64,000 nt of DNA from Schizosaccharomyces osmophilus. Taxonomy: Eukaryota. Shown here piece after piece: positions 34,342 to 46,374 of the stretch (position 1 is its first letter; the number at the start of each line of letters is the position of its first letter). Where the stretch lies: the NCBI RefSeq assembly GCF_027921745.1, contig NC_079238.1, positions 2,108,001 through 2,172,000 of the forward strand, in the 5' to 3' direction. The position numbers and the translations under genes were made by a program. The notes under the pieces were generated by a model. The model did not search any database, was not told where the DNA came from, and saw nothing but the letters and a program-made list of their open reading frames with translations.

Positions 34342-35052
34342 TTATGGGTCAAAGCGATAGGCAACTTGACAATCAATTTTGTGCATGTTGGTACTAAAGC
34401 TTCGTAGTTGAACTTGCTCGGCATTCTTGATTAAGCGCGGGTCGCTGTCTACCCAGTCTGTAGGGACTTCGCTGTCGCGATCGGCGTAAACTAGTACATT
34501 GAACGTACAACGTCCTTCAAGTTGAGGCAAAAAGGTCACGGTTGCTGTAATTTGACGAATTAGAGCCTGTACTTCCTTTTGAATCCTAGTTTCATCTTGG
34601 GCTGGGTTTTCTATCGATGTCGGACTATCCTTTTGTAGGATTTCCACATTAAACTGCCAGCGTTCTAAATCTTCTCCAGAATCCTTGTTGGTTATAACTA
34701 ACGCAACCTTTTGTATCTTTCCTCCACAGGTCCAACCTATTGTAAAAGTTAGTCACAAATGTATCTTTGCGTAGTATGAATGCACCCGTACGATGAAGCT
34801 GCGATATAATCTTTCTAATGTATGTTTTGACTTCCTCGTCTACCGTGACAAGCATGCTTATTCCATATTTGCGCACTACTTTAAAATCCTCAGGTGGATA
34901 GATGCCCCGTTGAAAAAGGATAGAATTCACCGCGTATTCTACAAATGTTAACCCTGTTGTCTTTACTTTCAAATAAGTTTACCGAAAAATTCACTAATTA
35001 GTCTAGAAGAGCCTCGTAAAGACAAGTTTGATCGAATAGGTACTGCCGCCAT
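34342..35052 (-). CDS. mad2: Spindle checkpoint HORMA protein Mad2. Exons 35052-34983, 34938-34792, 34736-34342
   Basis: [53 protein letters not shown]. Confidence 0.97.
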
Positions 35053-35309
35053 AATCTGTAGTGTTTGGTATACTTGGTTGTTGATAGTCCTCACCTTTTG
35101 AAGGTTTGTTTCATGTGTCATATGGGAAATTCCCTCAAGAAGTATTCTACTTTTATTTAATTCATTATTGAAATTTGTTTCTACCTTTTTGCCGAATACT
35201 ATCAAGCTAAATCCATTTTTTTCCTATGTAAACTAGGAAGTCTATATAAAAGACATTAGCCAAAATTATAATGTGCTATACATGAACATAAACATGCTCT
35301 TTTTTTTAT

Positions 35310-38300
35310 TTACTTATTAGTATACTCATGAGAAAGGACAACGCGAGAGTCCCGGGGCAGATGGAGATAATGCTTCATTACTGTAGATTCTAAAATCGTT
35401 GAAGCAACTTCATTATGTAAACGGAAACCCTTCTCAATCATCAATAAATAGAATATCTTTGCTTCATCCAAATAATCTCCTGTCTGTAATAGCGTGAAAA
35501 TGTGAATGTATAAATCTGATTTATGCGTTAATAAATTTGTACAAAGCCAAAGGAACCATCATAATTTACTCACCTTTTTGAAACGGACAATGGCTTATTG
35601 CTTTCCTTATACCAAGAATGCAATCCATTTTGTTCGAGCCAGTGTTCGAAACAGCAGCGTATAGGTAAACCTTCCAAAACCCTAAAATGAAATCCAGCCC
35701 TCGTATCAAAAATATCCTTTCAATTGCATTCTTCATTTTCTCCAGTGATAGCTTAGCCTCTTCCATAATGATAACGTATGAGGGATAGATAGCCTTGTCT
35801 TGGTATATTCGAACAACTTCCCATGCCTTATTTTTTACTCGAAATTGAAATCGATGCTTCGATTCGAACCACGAGAATATGTCCCAAAGAACGATGTTGT
35901 TCGGAAACAATTGCACAGCTTTTTCTAATATAGGTCTCATCTTTGTTACACTAAAGATTTTGCGTTCCTTTGCATTACGCATTGCTACTGCAAGGCTAAT
36001 AACATACAAATATTCCAGGTTTTCTTTCGCAATACCGTTCATACTGTCCAGCTTGGATACGCACTTCTCAATAGTAGAATGCACTGGCTCGGTCCCTATA
36101 AAAATCGAAAGCAACAAATAAATTAGTGAAATGTTAACGGCCTTTTTGCTATCTTGTTCATCTTCAAATAGCACGAGAACTTGGTTAGCTAATCCAGTTT
36201 TGTCTGCTGAATTTGTAGAAGTCTGATCAACTTGAAACAAATGAATTAGTACATTCCAAAATCCAAGCTCGTCATTCAAAAAGAACTTTTGCATTGCCCA
36301 ATTCTTGTGAAACCACACATTTTCTAAATCTGAAAACTTTGAAGATTGCATAACATAAGCAGTTTTATATATTTTTTCGCACAAAGATACCTTCCCATTC
36401 ATAAATTCAGTTTCGGCAAAGCAATTCCAAACAAAAACTGAACTCTCATACTTTTTTAAAATATCTTTGATAACAGAACTGTTAGTGTATTAGCGTAAGT
36501 TGCTTTGTATACAAAATACCATACCTATATATATCATATTCTTGATCTTCAAACTCCAATTGACACAACTTTTGTAAAATAGTTAAATACAATCCAGCAA
36601 AATATTCATCATCCACCCCTTGTAAAAGCAGATATAAAATTGTATTCAATCGATCAATTTCATCTTTGGAAAAGGCTTTTAATGACAGCAAAACATAGTC
36701 GGGCAAATCAGTTGAGCAGGGAAAATAAATCTCCAAAAATCCTGGTGAGAGAATTTTGGAGGAAACTAAATCGTTCACACTTTCAGATTCCTTTACAGTC
36801 GTATCAATCTTTAGATTCGACGAAAACCATGGATCTGAAACAAAGAAATGCTCATTGCTTGCTTCTGGTGGAAGAATTGGGAGACCATAAAAGTTCAGAA
36901 GACAGTATTTTAAATCCAAAAGTGCTTTTGGAGTAAAGAAACGACAAATAAAGCCTTTTACATCTTCAAAAATGACGTGCCGAAAAGGATCGTCCTTGCT
37001 GTTTAGCCTGCGAGCAAGTTTCGGTTCACGCCAAGCCTTTTGCTCCTGAAAGCTTTTCTCATTCTCCGTCCACTGCAAAAACGAGTCGTATACCGATATT
37101 GAGGATTGGGAATCATCGATTTTTTTGTTAGAGAATGATGGAGCATTGGAACTATTCCTCCAACCAAGAGCACCCGGCTCTCCAAATTTCGGCTTGTCAG
37201 ATTCCCAAAATTTTGACAACTCGCGCTTAATGGAATTTAAGTCTTGCTTCTTTAGACTTTCTGGAAGAAAATAGTTAACTTCCATATTCACTTGAGTAAT
37301 CGCATAAGCCAACTCAAAAAATCCCGAGTCTCTTGCAAAATAACAAATTCTGAGTAGAACGTAAAGAACCGTTTTTTCCAATTTTTGTATATTTTCATTT
37401 AATGATTTAGTTTCCTCATAAAGTTTATCAATTTTTTTTCTAATCATACCAAGGCAATCGGATAATATTTGCAAACATGAGTCAACAGTAAATGAGTGTA
37501 CGTTAGACATAAGAAAGTTGACATACAAAATCCACAAATTTTCCGATAAGCCATACCTGGAAAGCAAATTCTCCCAATGTTCTTGTGTTGTTTTCGAGTC
37601 CCATTCAAAAAATCCCAGCTTGAAATATTCCGAGACCAACTGTTCGACATCAGAAGAAACGAAATCATGAGAAAAAATAGCTTTCTCTAGAACCGAAATT
37701 TGAATTTCATGTATTGAGCGGCGTAGGCTTCTCTCTTCTCGAACAGACATATTCGGTCGAGCATATTCTTGAAGGAGCAAGTCTTTTTGCAGTGAACACA
37801 GATGAAGCCATAATGATGGACTTAAACTGTTTCTTTCTAATTCTTTTCGCACCTGGGCAATTTCATTCTGTATTCCTTTAACTTTATTATCATCTAATGG
37901 CACCGATAATTTGTCTTCGGTTACATTCGCAGAACTTTCAGGGAAAGGTAGAAATTCATTCTCACGCGGGATCGCCCCAATGGAAGAAGCAACAATAAGG
38001 TTCCTGCTGATTTCTTCAGAATTGGGTATATGCATGGCATCCTTCAAATAAAGTCCTTCATTCATTTTATGAAGTATAACTTTCTCAGGATTACTGCCCA
38101 TTACAACGTTAGATTTTCGCATATAATTTGGGATGGAGTATTTATGAATGCCACCATAAAAGAAAACCTTTCTATCTCCCTTTGTATCGTATTTGACATT
38201 ATACGACTGTTGGTCACGATCAGTGAGTGAAATTAGTCGTTTGTGTTTAGTATATTTAAAGTCTCTGTCATCATTTTCACGTTCTCTTTTTTTTGTATGC

Positions 38301-38371
38301 TTCTCCTTTTCATGTTTTATTGGTTTGAAGCTTCCAAACTTAGGTACAGGGACATCTTTTCTTGGCAACAT
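35310..38371 (-). CDS. nrl1: NRDE-2 family spliceosome-associated protein Nrl1. Exons 38371-36525, 36478-35574, 35515-35310
   Basis: N-terminal VPKFGSF, FWES...KFGEPGALGW, DDPFRHVIFED, C-terminal CPFQK-DLY and EKGFRL. Two introns restore the frame. Confidence 0.88.
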
Positions 38372-38762
38372 ATTAAGCACTATACACCAAAATATTAATT
38401 ATGAATAGCAGCACATGTAGTTATACTATATTCATTTTTTCAATGTAGCTTACAGTCATCAAGGTGTGTCGTAGTCTTGGTGGAAGTATTTGAGACTCCT
38501 GAAAAATCTACTAAAAACAATATCTAATCATTCCTTCATTCATTTCTGACTTCTTTCCGTTCAGCGAGTTTAGAAGTTTATATTAAATTCGTGTTTCCAT
38601 ACGGTTGACTTACAATTCTCAATCTTTTGCATATACCCTGCATTTTTAGCTATAGTTAAGAAATAATACTCTGAACAAAATTCTTCTTTTACTCATCGTG
38701 GAATCTTTCAGAATTGAAGTGATTTCTTTCTTTTTCAATCTGTTAGTTGCTCAAAAAGGAAT

Positions 38763-39921
38763 ATGCCTCCTATCGACAAACGCGACCTTCGAAAGCGGTA
38801 CCGGTCATTAATTAATCAAGTCCATGGTAATACTAATCCTTTTCCTTTACAATTTAAATTACCTACTAACTCCGGTTAGAATCTCGCCTTGAGTTAGTGG
38901 ACCAAGAAAATAATGCCCTAATTGAAACCGTGGCCTCTGCTAATGATTTATTTTCATCAGGTAATTATGACTTTCAATTCTGTATTTTAATTAATTAAAA
39001 TAGTTGAGGCGCCGACAGAAGCTGCTTTGGATGCTTTATTGTTGACAAAAACAGTGGATTTGGCATCTATGAGGACCAAACAGTTGCATATAGGAAAGCC
39101 AAAATTTAATATTCAACTTTATATTAGGCATATCAAACAGTTTTTGAGTCAAAATGGCTCCAACTCTTCTTCGGAATCTAATAGAAATGAACTTGCATGG
39201 TCAAGGTTAGGAAAGATTGCTTGGAAGCATCAAAGGAGGCCAGCCTCTGTTAATTTAATGTATGGCATTTCAATTATGCTTTCCTAACATACTGAACAGG
39301 GTGGGACCTTTATCTTTTCGGAAAAAGGAAAGACAAGTACCAAGAAGGGAAAAGCTACAGCGAGCTCCAAATACATCTACTCAGCCGATATTGGTATGAA
39401 TCTCGCGTTGTTTTATTTTTGAACTAACATGGTAGCTCAACCAAGATAATATTTCAGCTCAGGAAAACAATACCACGAAAAACGTTTTACAGATCTCCCG
39501 TCTACTTCTAAAGCATCAACCAGTCGATCTTTTAAAGTTTATTACAAATCCAGAAAGTTATTCTCAAACTGTTGAGAATCTGTTTTATGTCAGTTTTCTT
39601 TTTAAAGAAGGAAAAGCGGCTTTGACTGAAGATTCTCAAAGAGGGCTTTTACTAGGTATGTTGCTTGTTGCTTTTTTTTCTAATAGTTAAAGAATGTAAA
39701 ACACCTCCATCGGATGAACAAGTGAATTCTGGAGAAGTACGAAACGTTCAACTAGTTATGGACATGACTTTAGACCTTTACGAAGTAAGTAGTTGATTTT
39801 TGTCATTTTTGGTTTTCTAACAGACTAGGACATTATACAAACCTTTAAACTAAAAGGTAGCATTATACCGACACGACGACCAGTAGAGACGGCCGCCACC
39901 AGTAATACATGGTACAGTTAA
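38763..39921 (+). CDS. nse4: Smc5/6 kleisin Nse4. Seven exons; introns 38827-38879, 38961-39003, 39260-39299, 39394-39435, 39656-39692, 39785-39828
   Basis: LRKRYRSL, EAALDA, MVGPL, FITNPESYSQTVENLFYVSFLFKEG. All six introns preserve one frame. Confidence 0.92.
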
Positions 39922-40223
39922 TTTTGGAACGGAAAGGAATTGTTTATTATATCTAAATTACAAATTATTTTTTGGATAAGTCTGAAAATGTCTAATAGTT
40001 CTAGGCGAGTGCCTCGTGATAAGATAAATATTTTTATAACCAGATATCCATACCAAACAAAAAAAAAAAAAAAAAATCACACACACACAAAATAAAAGGG
40101 AGTAGAGTGAGCAGTAAAGCCAAAAAGACCAGTAGATCTAGAATACACGTTATAAATCATTCATAACTTGGTGCGCTCGGCGAAGCCTTAGAATTTGTTT
40201 GTTTCTCTTCGAAACATACATTG

Positions 40224-41534
40224 TTAAGAGAAGTAATAAGAATTAACAAAGTCAGTTCTGTTTCTCTGTTCTTGGCGTCTTTGTCGGTCGCGAGTACGTT
40301 CTTTCTCTCTCCTTTCCACATCTGTAAGACTTTTTGTCTTGTCCTCAATGTAATTGTCTCCTTCTTCTTCTTCATAATCGGATTCAGGATCGCTCATTGC
40401 TATACCAGCAACATACCCAGAATAATCCATAAAGTTACGAAGAAGGGAGCTTTTTGCAAAATAAATAGGAAATGCTGATCGGAGGATGTACTTAAGACCT
40501 TGAGCTCGCAAAATCTTTTTCCAGGTGTCAAGCTGGACCGTAGACTTGCCTATTCTCATAGAAGATTTCATGTTTCCAGATGAACCAGGATTCTCAATTG
40601 TTTGAAGGACACTTCGGAAGGTTTGGTGTAAGACTTTTCTATGTTTTTTAGCGATGCTTTTTGAGGATTCCGTGGAAAGATCACGGAGAATAGAAACTAA
40701 ATGAACGCGATCTGGCAATATATCATTATCTATGGATCCTCTTAAAGTTTCTTCGTCAGAATATGTGTCCGCAATCCGTTCATACAAAGCAGCTAGAGCT
40801 TGTCCAGCTCCCATTTGTACGTCTATGCTGGCAGCTTGTAACTGCTCAGCTACTGCTTCAGCAGCAGAAGAGGCAAAGTCACTATAGGAGGTTATACCTG
40901 TGACCAAAAGTCCGAGAGATTGGCAAGCTATGCCAACGACGTCTTCGTTGTCCTCTGCGTCAACTACGGCACCATCAGACTCGATGATGCTTGCAAGTTG
41001 GTAACCAAAATCCATAATATCAGGCTCAGAATCCAAAAGTACTGTTAATAGAGAAAAGGAGAGCATAGCTTCGCACTTCACTGCCGTCGAATGAGGGTCA
41101 TTTACGAGAGCATTAAAACGACCCTCAGTAGCAATCCAAAGTCCCTCTACTGAAAACACTGAAGCCAAACATAGAGCACATAGCAGTCTCATTGACAGAA
41201 TAACTTCTGTATCAGAAGGTGAAGAATGAAAAAGCTTTAAGAGTATTTCCTCCAAAGGACCGATTTTTTCAGCAACTCGTTTTACGTAATGTCGAGTACA
41301 CAGATTATATAGCTTCTTCAAATGTCCTTCGCGTTCTTTCGAACCAAATTTTTTCACTTCTAATAAATCATCAACAATACTCTGAAACTGCTGATTCCAT
41401 GTTTTTGGATTTTCCAATGTATTCGCGTCTTCTGATGGACCAACACTTAATTGATCAATAGAACTGCTCAGGATACTAATCGTATCCATCGTTTCATCTT
41501 CCGCATATGCCTGTGATTTATCTTTTGCACCCAT
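40224..41534 (-). CDS. IFRD1/IFRD2-like armadillo protein (interferon-related developmental regulator family)
   Basis: AGQALAALYE, LSTESSKSIAKKHRKVLHQTFRSVL and a basic C-terminal helix resemble the IFRD family. Confidence 0.8.
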   Translation of the reverse strand: MGAKDKSQAYAEDETMDTISILSSSIDQLSVGPSEDANTLENPKTWNQQFQSIVDDLLEVKKFGSKEREGHLKKLYNLCTRHYVKRVAEKIGPLEEILLKLFHSSPSDTEVILSMRLLCALCLASVFSVEGLWIATEGRFNALVNDPHSTAVKCEAMLSFSLLTVLLDSEPDIMDFGYQLASIIESDGAVVDAEDNEDVVGIACQSLGLLVTGITSYSDFASSAAEAVAEQLQAASIDVQMGAGQALAALYERIADTYSDEETLRGSIDNDILPDRVHLVSILRDLSTESSKSIAKKHRKVLHQTFRSVLQTIENPGSSGNMKSSMRIGKSTVQLDTWKKILRAQGLKYILRSAFPIYFAKSSLLRNFMDYSGYVAGIAMSDPESDYEEEEGDNYIEDKTKSLTDVERREKERTRDRQRRQEQRNRTDFVNSYYFS

Positions 41535-41660
41535 ATTATAAACACTGTGGCTTTAGGCAGGATTTTCTTGGGCAGTGAATTCTTATTATATATATATAGA
41601 TATAAATGTTCAACCATGACATTATTGCCTTCGCTTACGTTCGGCAACAAAAAAAAATTG

Positions 41661-41842
41661 TGACGTTTACAAAAAACAGATGAAAACAAAAATAAACAAA
41701 CGAATAAATCTTATAAAGATTTTTAAGCCGAGTAAAAAATGATTCAGTATATAACTGTTTGAATACTTCGCAGATATTATCTCCGTGTACAATTGCGTTA
41801 CAGATGTCAATGTCGGTCTATAGTTTTGAAACTAATACGTCA
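41661..41842. promoter_or_regulatory. Two CRE-like (Atf1/Pcr1) sites upstream of the IFRD-like gene
   Basis: TGACGT at 41661-41666 and TACGTCA at 41836-41842. Confidence 0.4.
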
Positions 41843-42674
41843 AGTTCGCGCAATCCGCCTTGGTTTTTAATTTTAAAAGTCTAAGATTTACTCGGATAGT
41901 ATTTAAGCTACTTGATTCCAATGCAAAAAGAAGCAATAGAAGAAATTCGAGAATACTTTTTTTCTTGTTCACTATAACACAGGTAGCAAATCCTCTATAA
42001 TACGATGAAAATGAAAGTAGCATAAATAAAGGAAATTTATAAATTTATCGACAAAAACCATTTAAAGCTTTTACCAGAAACTGATAAAGAAATAAATAGA
42101 AATAAAAATATAATTAAAGAAAATGTACAACCTGATTAATGGGCATGCATAGGAAACGTTCGAATTTTAAACTCTGCATTCGCATAACTAACAACGTAAA
42201 GAAAGAGAAAATACATGCTAAAGAATACAAACGAACCTGAATTTGTCTACTTCAAAAGTTGAAGACCTGTTAAAAATCATAGTCGGTCACATTCATTTCA
42301 TTATTTACTACTTTTTCGATTTTCAATTCCTATGGTTTTGCTAGTACATTTGTAAACACGGCTTAACAATTAAATGAGTTTTTTCTTCTAAAAGTAACCA
42401 TTTTTAATCGATCTCAAAGCTCCAGCTTGATAGTCATACTTTTAAATTAGAGGTACTGCACTGGCTTGTACAAGAGACGGTGTAATATTTGAATTTTTTA
42501 TTTTCAAACGACTGTTCTCTAATTAACAAAGGAAAAAAAGAAAGAAGAATAAAATTCCTTCAGCGAATTGCTTTCGTCCACGCGAATTAGCTGTACTCAG
42601 TAAAACCTCACTTTTCAAGAGGAACGTCCCAACTCACAGAACATAGACTCTAAACTGGCAATTAGGAATTTTGA

Positions 42675-44465
42675 ATGCATAAAGCGGCGACTGTAGATAC
42701 AACTCCAAAAATAGTAACACTCTATAAATGCTTAACTAATCGATATTGGACAGGATACCCGGATAATGTATTTTGGCGGGAATTCTTCCTTCTCAGTCCC
42801 CGTCTTCAGGAGCTAAAGCAAATACTGAATAAAACTTCGACTCAAGATTTCATTTACAATGGCCCGAAAATCCATAGCATGTATCTTTTCGCAGTAGATT
42901 TGCTTCGATCAAAGGATGAACATTTACGAATCCACAATGCTTTGACAACTTTACAGACGTTTCTCTCGGCAATGTGTGATCATAAGTCTTCGGATGCAAA
43001 TTTTTCTGTATATTTGCTACTGGGAAACATTGATTCAATCGACACCCAGTTTTCACTGTTCATCCAAAACCTGTGTAACCTCATCAAGACCTCTGAAAAT
43101 GCTCAATGCCTCCAAGATTCCCTATCTTTTTTCTTGAGCTTCCTTGCTACTCTGTACAACTCTTCGTTAATATCTCATATATATGACAGCTACGATGTTT
43201 TCACTACTTTAGTCACCACCATCTTGCATCAAAAACCTGGGTTTGAACTTGCTATATATGCACTTGGATTGCTAAGCGCCTGTGACAAGTTTGAAACCGT
43301 TAACACACTCCGGATTCATTTGTCCCAAATAACTGAAGAACCATTCTTTGAGGCTATCTTAAAGTTTTCCGCCATTCAGCTCATTGCTATAAGAGATGAA
43401 TACGTTGCCATAAAACAAGATGATCCTCCCGTCCCTTCTTTCTTTAGCTTCTTTACTATCCGGTCTTCGCCTTCGAATCCTGATGCCAAACAGGAGCAAC
43501 AATTTGCTGCTCTGCCCGACAAACGCTTAGTAATATTTTTAACCATTTACGAACTTTGCACTTGCAACAAATATTTTTGCAAATATCTCCTTCAGTTCCA
43601 GAATCAAAATAATCCTGACTCTCCTTTATCATCTCTACTTTCCCTATCCTCTTATATAAATGTCCACCAGAGGCAATCCAAACGTACCTATCACTTCTCT
43701 ATGCTTTTCCTAATTCTTTTTCACATTTTAATAGATGATCCCGATACTTCTTCTTTACTTGTGCAGACCGATTCAGAATCCCGAGTCCGAATGTGTTTGC
43801 AGAGATATCCTTTCCCTTCTTTTCCTACAAAACCATATGTTCCCATAGGATATATTTTAGACACTTGTTGCCTTGGGATTCAACACAATGCAAAGTTGAA
43901 AATTAGTGCTCCAATATATGTCTTGTACCTTACATTTTTGCATAAATCTTTTGCTTTATTGGCACAAAACCAGATACGATTGGAGTATCATTGGAGGGAA
44001 CTTTGGAGGTTTTTATTTTCTTTTTTAGGCTTTTGCAACACGCTTATTAATTCAGAATTTTTCAATCACGCTCCCCCGATCGTGGAGGCATTATTAAATT
44101 TGCTTGCCTATACAGTTGCAAATGCTGACGCCTTTGTTGATAATACTGAAGAAATGGTGGATTTGTTATACAAGTTAATTTGTAATGCCCAGATCTTTCA
44201 GTCAGTTTCTTCAAAAGTAAAGCTTAAAAACAAGCGCGCTGCTGATTACCTTCTTGAAGTGATCAATTTTTTGAGCTCAAAAGCTTCCGAATCGCCAGAT
44301 AGCTCTCCTGAGGAATTAATGTCCATAATTAAGGAAGTTATTGAATTAATTCCAGTTGCAGAGCAGCAGGTTCTATCGAATATACCTCCTTTGAGAGAGT
44401 CTAATTATCGTTTATTTCATAAACGAGTCAGTCGAGATATGGCTGAGCTATTACGAAACGTGTAA
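42675..44465 (+). CDS. ARMH3/C10orf76-like (DUF1741) protein
   Basis: 596-aa helical ORF with KIVTLY, FWREFFLLSP, IRLEYHWRELW and DLLYKLI, which resemble the ARMH3 family. Confidence 0.8.
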   Translation: MHKAATVDTTPKIVTLYKCLTNRYWTGYPDNVFWREFFLLSPRLQELKQILNKTSTQDFIYNGPKIHSMYLFAVDLLRSKDEHLRIHNALTTLQTFLSAMCDHKSSDANFSVYLLLGNIDSIDTQFSLFIQNLCNLIKTSENAQCLQDSLSFFLSFLATLYNSSLISHIYDSYDVFTTLVTTILHQKPGFELAIYALGLLSACDKFETVNTLRIHLSQITEEPFFEAILKFSAIQLIAIRDEYVAIKQDDPPVPSFFSFFTIRSSPSNPDAKQEQQFAALPDKRLVIFLTIYELCTCNKYFCKYLLQFQNQNNPDSPLSSLLSLSSYINVHQRQSKRTYHFSMLFLILFHILIDDPDTSSLLVQTDSESRVRMCLQRYPFPSFPTKPYVPIGYILDTCCLGIQHNAKLKISAPIYVLYLTFLHKSFALLAQNQIRLEYHWRELWRFLFSFLGFCNTLINSEFFNHAPPIVEALLNLLAYTVANADAFVDNTEEMVDLLYKLICNAQIFQSVSSKVKLKNKRAADYLLEVINFLSSKASESPDSSPEELMSIIKEVIELIPVAEQQVLSNIPPLRESNYRLFHKRVSRDMAELLRNV

Positions 44466-45027
44466 ATTTACTTGGTTAGCTATTTTTAATAATGATTTAT
44501 GACTATTGCTGACGAAAGATTTAGTTGATTTTGTAGTCAAGACAAGCTAAGCTGTAACTTCATGCGCTCCATTTTACTCTTTTACTATTCATGTTCTATG
44601 CGAAATAGTGTCCACTTATTACATCCGATAACTACAAATTGTAGTCTTAAACTCTGTAAAAAGCATATCAATTTTAGTACACAATTCAAAATTTATTTTT
44701 ACCTAAATTATATGTACCACAGAATCGAAAGAGAGTTAATACTTTTAAAGGATACAACACGAACTATACTAGTTCTCTTTATAAATAATGAAAGCAGATA
44801 TAACTGTTTCGTGGAAAAGCGCTTCATATTCCGTTTTATGTAAGTCAAAGCGAGTCATAAAGGTATGACTGTAAGCCTTCCATTCAGATATGTGGACAAT
44901 GCAAAAATCAAAATTCTATCCAAAAAGCCAACCCCAGTAGAATATTTTCACTCTCCTTCACAACTAACTGGAAGGATATAAAAGAGAACCCGGTAAATTC
45001 CATTTAAAGGCGATTCGTCTTTCACCT

Positions 45028-45725
45028 TTAAAATCTTCCGCGACCACGGAAGCCACCACCGCGAGGTGGTCCACCACCACGGAAACCACCTCCTCCACGG
45101 CCACCACGGAAACCACCGCCGCGAGGTGCACCACCGCCGCGGAAACCACCACCGCCACGGCCACCACGGAAACCACCGCGACCGGCAGCAGCAGTCTTTG
45201 GCTTTTTGACAGCAGGACCCTTGGGCTTAGGTAAGAAGCGTTCCAAGGGAAGGAGCTTATCACCTCCAATGAAGACCTTATCGCCAACCTTGAAAGAGCT
45301 AGATACGATGCCCTCTGAAGGCTTAACGGTAAAGTAAGCTTGATTCATGGGTCCCAAAATCTCATCGATCTTGCCAATTTGAGACTAAAGCTTCGTTAGC
45401 CTAACCTTCTATACGATTTTACTAAATAGAAACCTACCTTGTTCTCCAAGTATATAGGAGCATTGAAGTAAGGGATCTTGGGGTTGGTAGATTGACAAAC
45501 CATTTCTCCTTCACAATCATGCATAAAGACTCCAATTTCTAATTGTTTCGACTATTAGTATCCTGCAACTTGAAAAGAAAAGACAGAGACTTTGTACACC
45601 ATCGATGCTGTCTCGTTCTTGAGCTTCATACCTAAAACTTGATCAGGAGGACCAGCAGGGGCAAAAGGACGATATCCTGGACGTCCTCCTCTGAATCCAC
45701 CTCCGCGACCGCCACGAAAACTCAT
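45028..45725 (-). CDS. gar1: H/ACA snoRNP subunit Gar1. Exons 45725-45632, 45538-45438, 45384-45028
   Basis: RGG repeats at both termini. Core HDCEGEMVC...[26 protein letters not shown] and [10 protein letters not shown]. Confidence 0.97.
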
Positions 45726-46374
45726 TCTTAATACTTATTTAGGCTCGTGAGTTTACCTCCAAATATAAAGGAGTTTTGTAAAATCGAAAATTTCACTGTC
45801 ACGTAGAATCTGGTGTAGTTATATTATAACGGAGTACGTTACAGATGAGTAAACTATTTAGGGAGAGTGAACACAATCATCAGTATTTACAATGAACTTT
45901 GTGTAGAAGACAGTAAACCGAGTTTTTCAGGAGCAAATATCACTTGTTGTAAATTGAGGAGAGCAAGTTGCTTGTCTGTGCTAAACAGCAATATATAACA
46001 AGGTAAGTAAGATGCAATGAAAGAAATGAAGAGAACTTGTAATCAAACTGGTTGCTTTCGTTTTAACAGAATCGCTCGGTACAGCATATGCATGTTGGTG
46101 AAAAGGAAATTGCACGAATTGTAAATGCCGGTGGATTCAAGAGCTCAACCGTGTTTCAAATGTAATGTTCTTTTTTTACGAGCCAAAACTAAAATCAGTC
46201 CATGTTTAGTTCCTTCAAGATTTTGTGAGAAAAACGAGGAATTAACCTTTGATTCTAGTCTTTAAATAGAAAACGAAATTTATATAACTCTCATTGATTT
46301 ATTCATCAATCCAATAGTTATATCTGCCATCATTTCTGAGTTTGAATTCAGTTTCTTTTTTCGTGAATTAGAGA

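Noticed and set aside
38380..38459. ATGACT|GTAAGC...TAG as a possible first exon of nrl1
   Set aside because: Splicing puts it out of frame with the nrl1 ORF. The ATG at 38371 already gives the expected VPKF N-terminus.
41700..42560. AT-rich, poly(dA)-containing intergenic DNA as a replication origin (also about 26800-27300)
   Set aside because: Plausible for fission yeast, but it cannot be supported from composition by eye.
45031..45185. Tandem GC-rich repeats
   Set aside because: Fully explained by the Gar1 RGG coding repeats.
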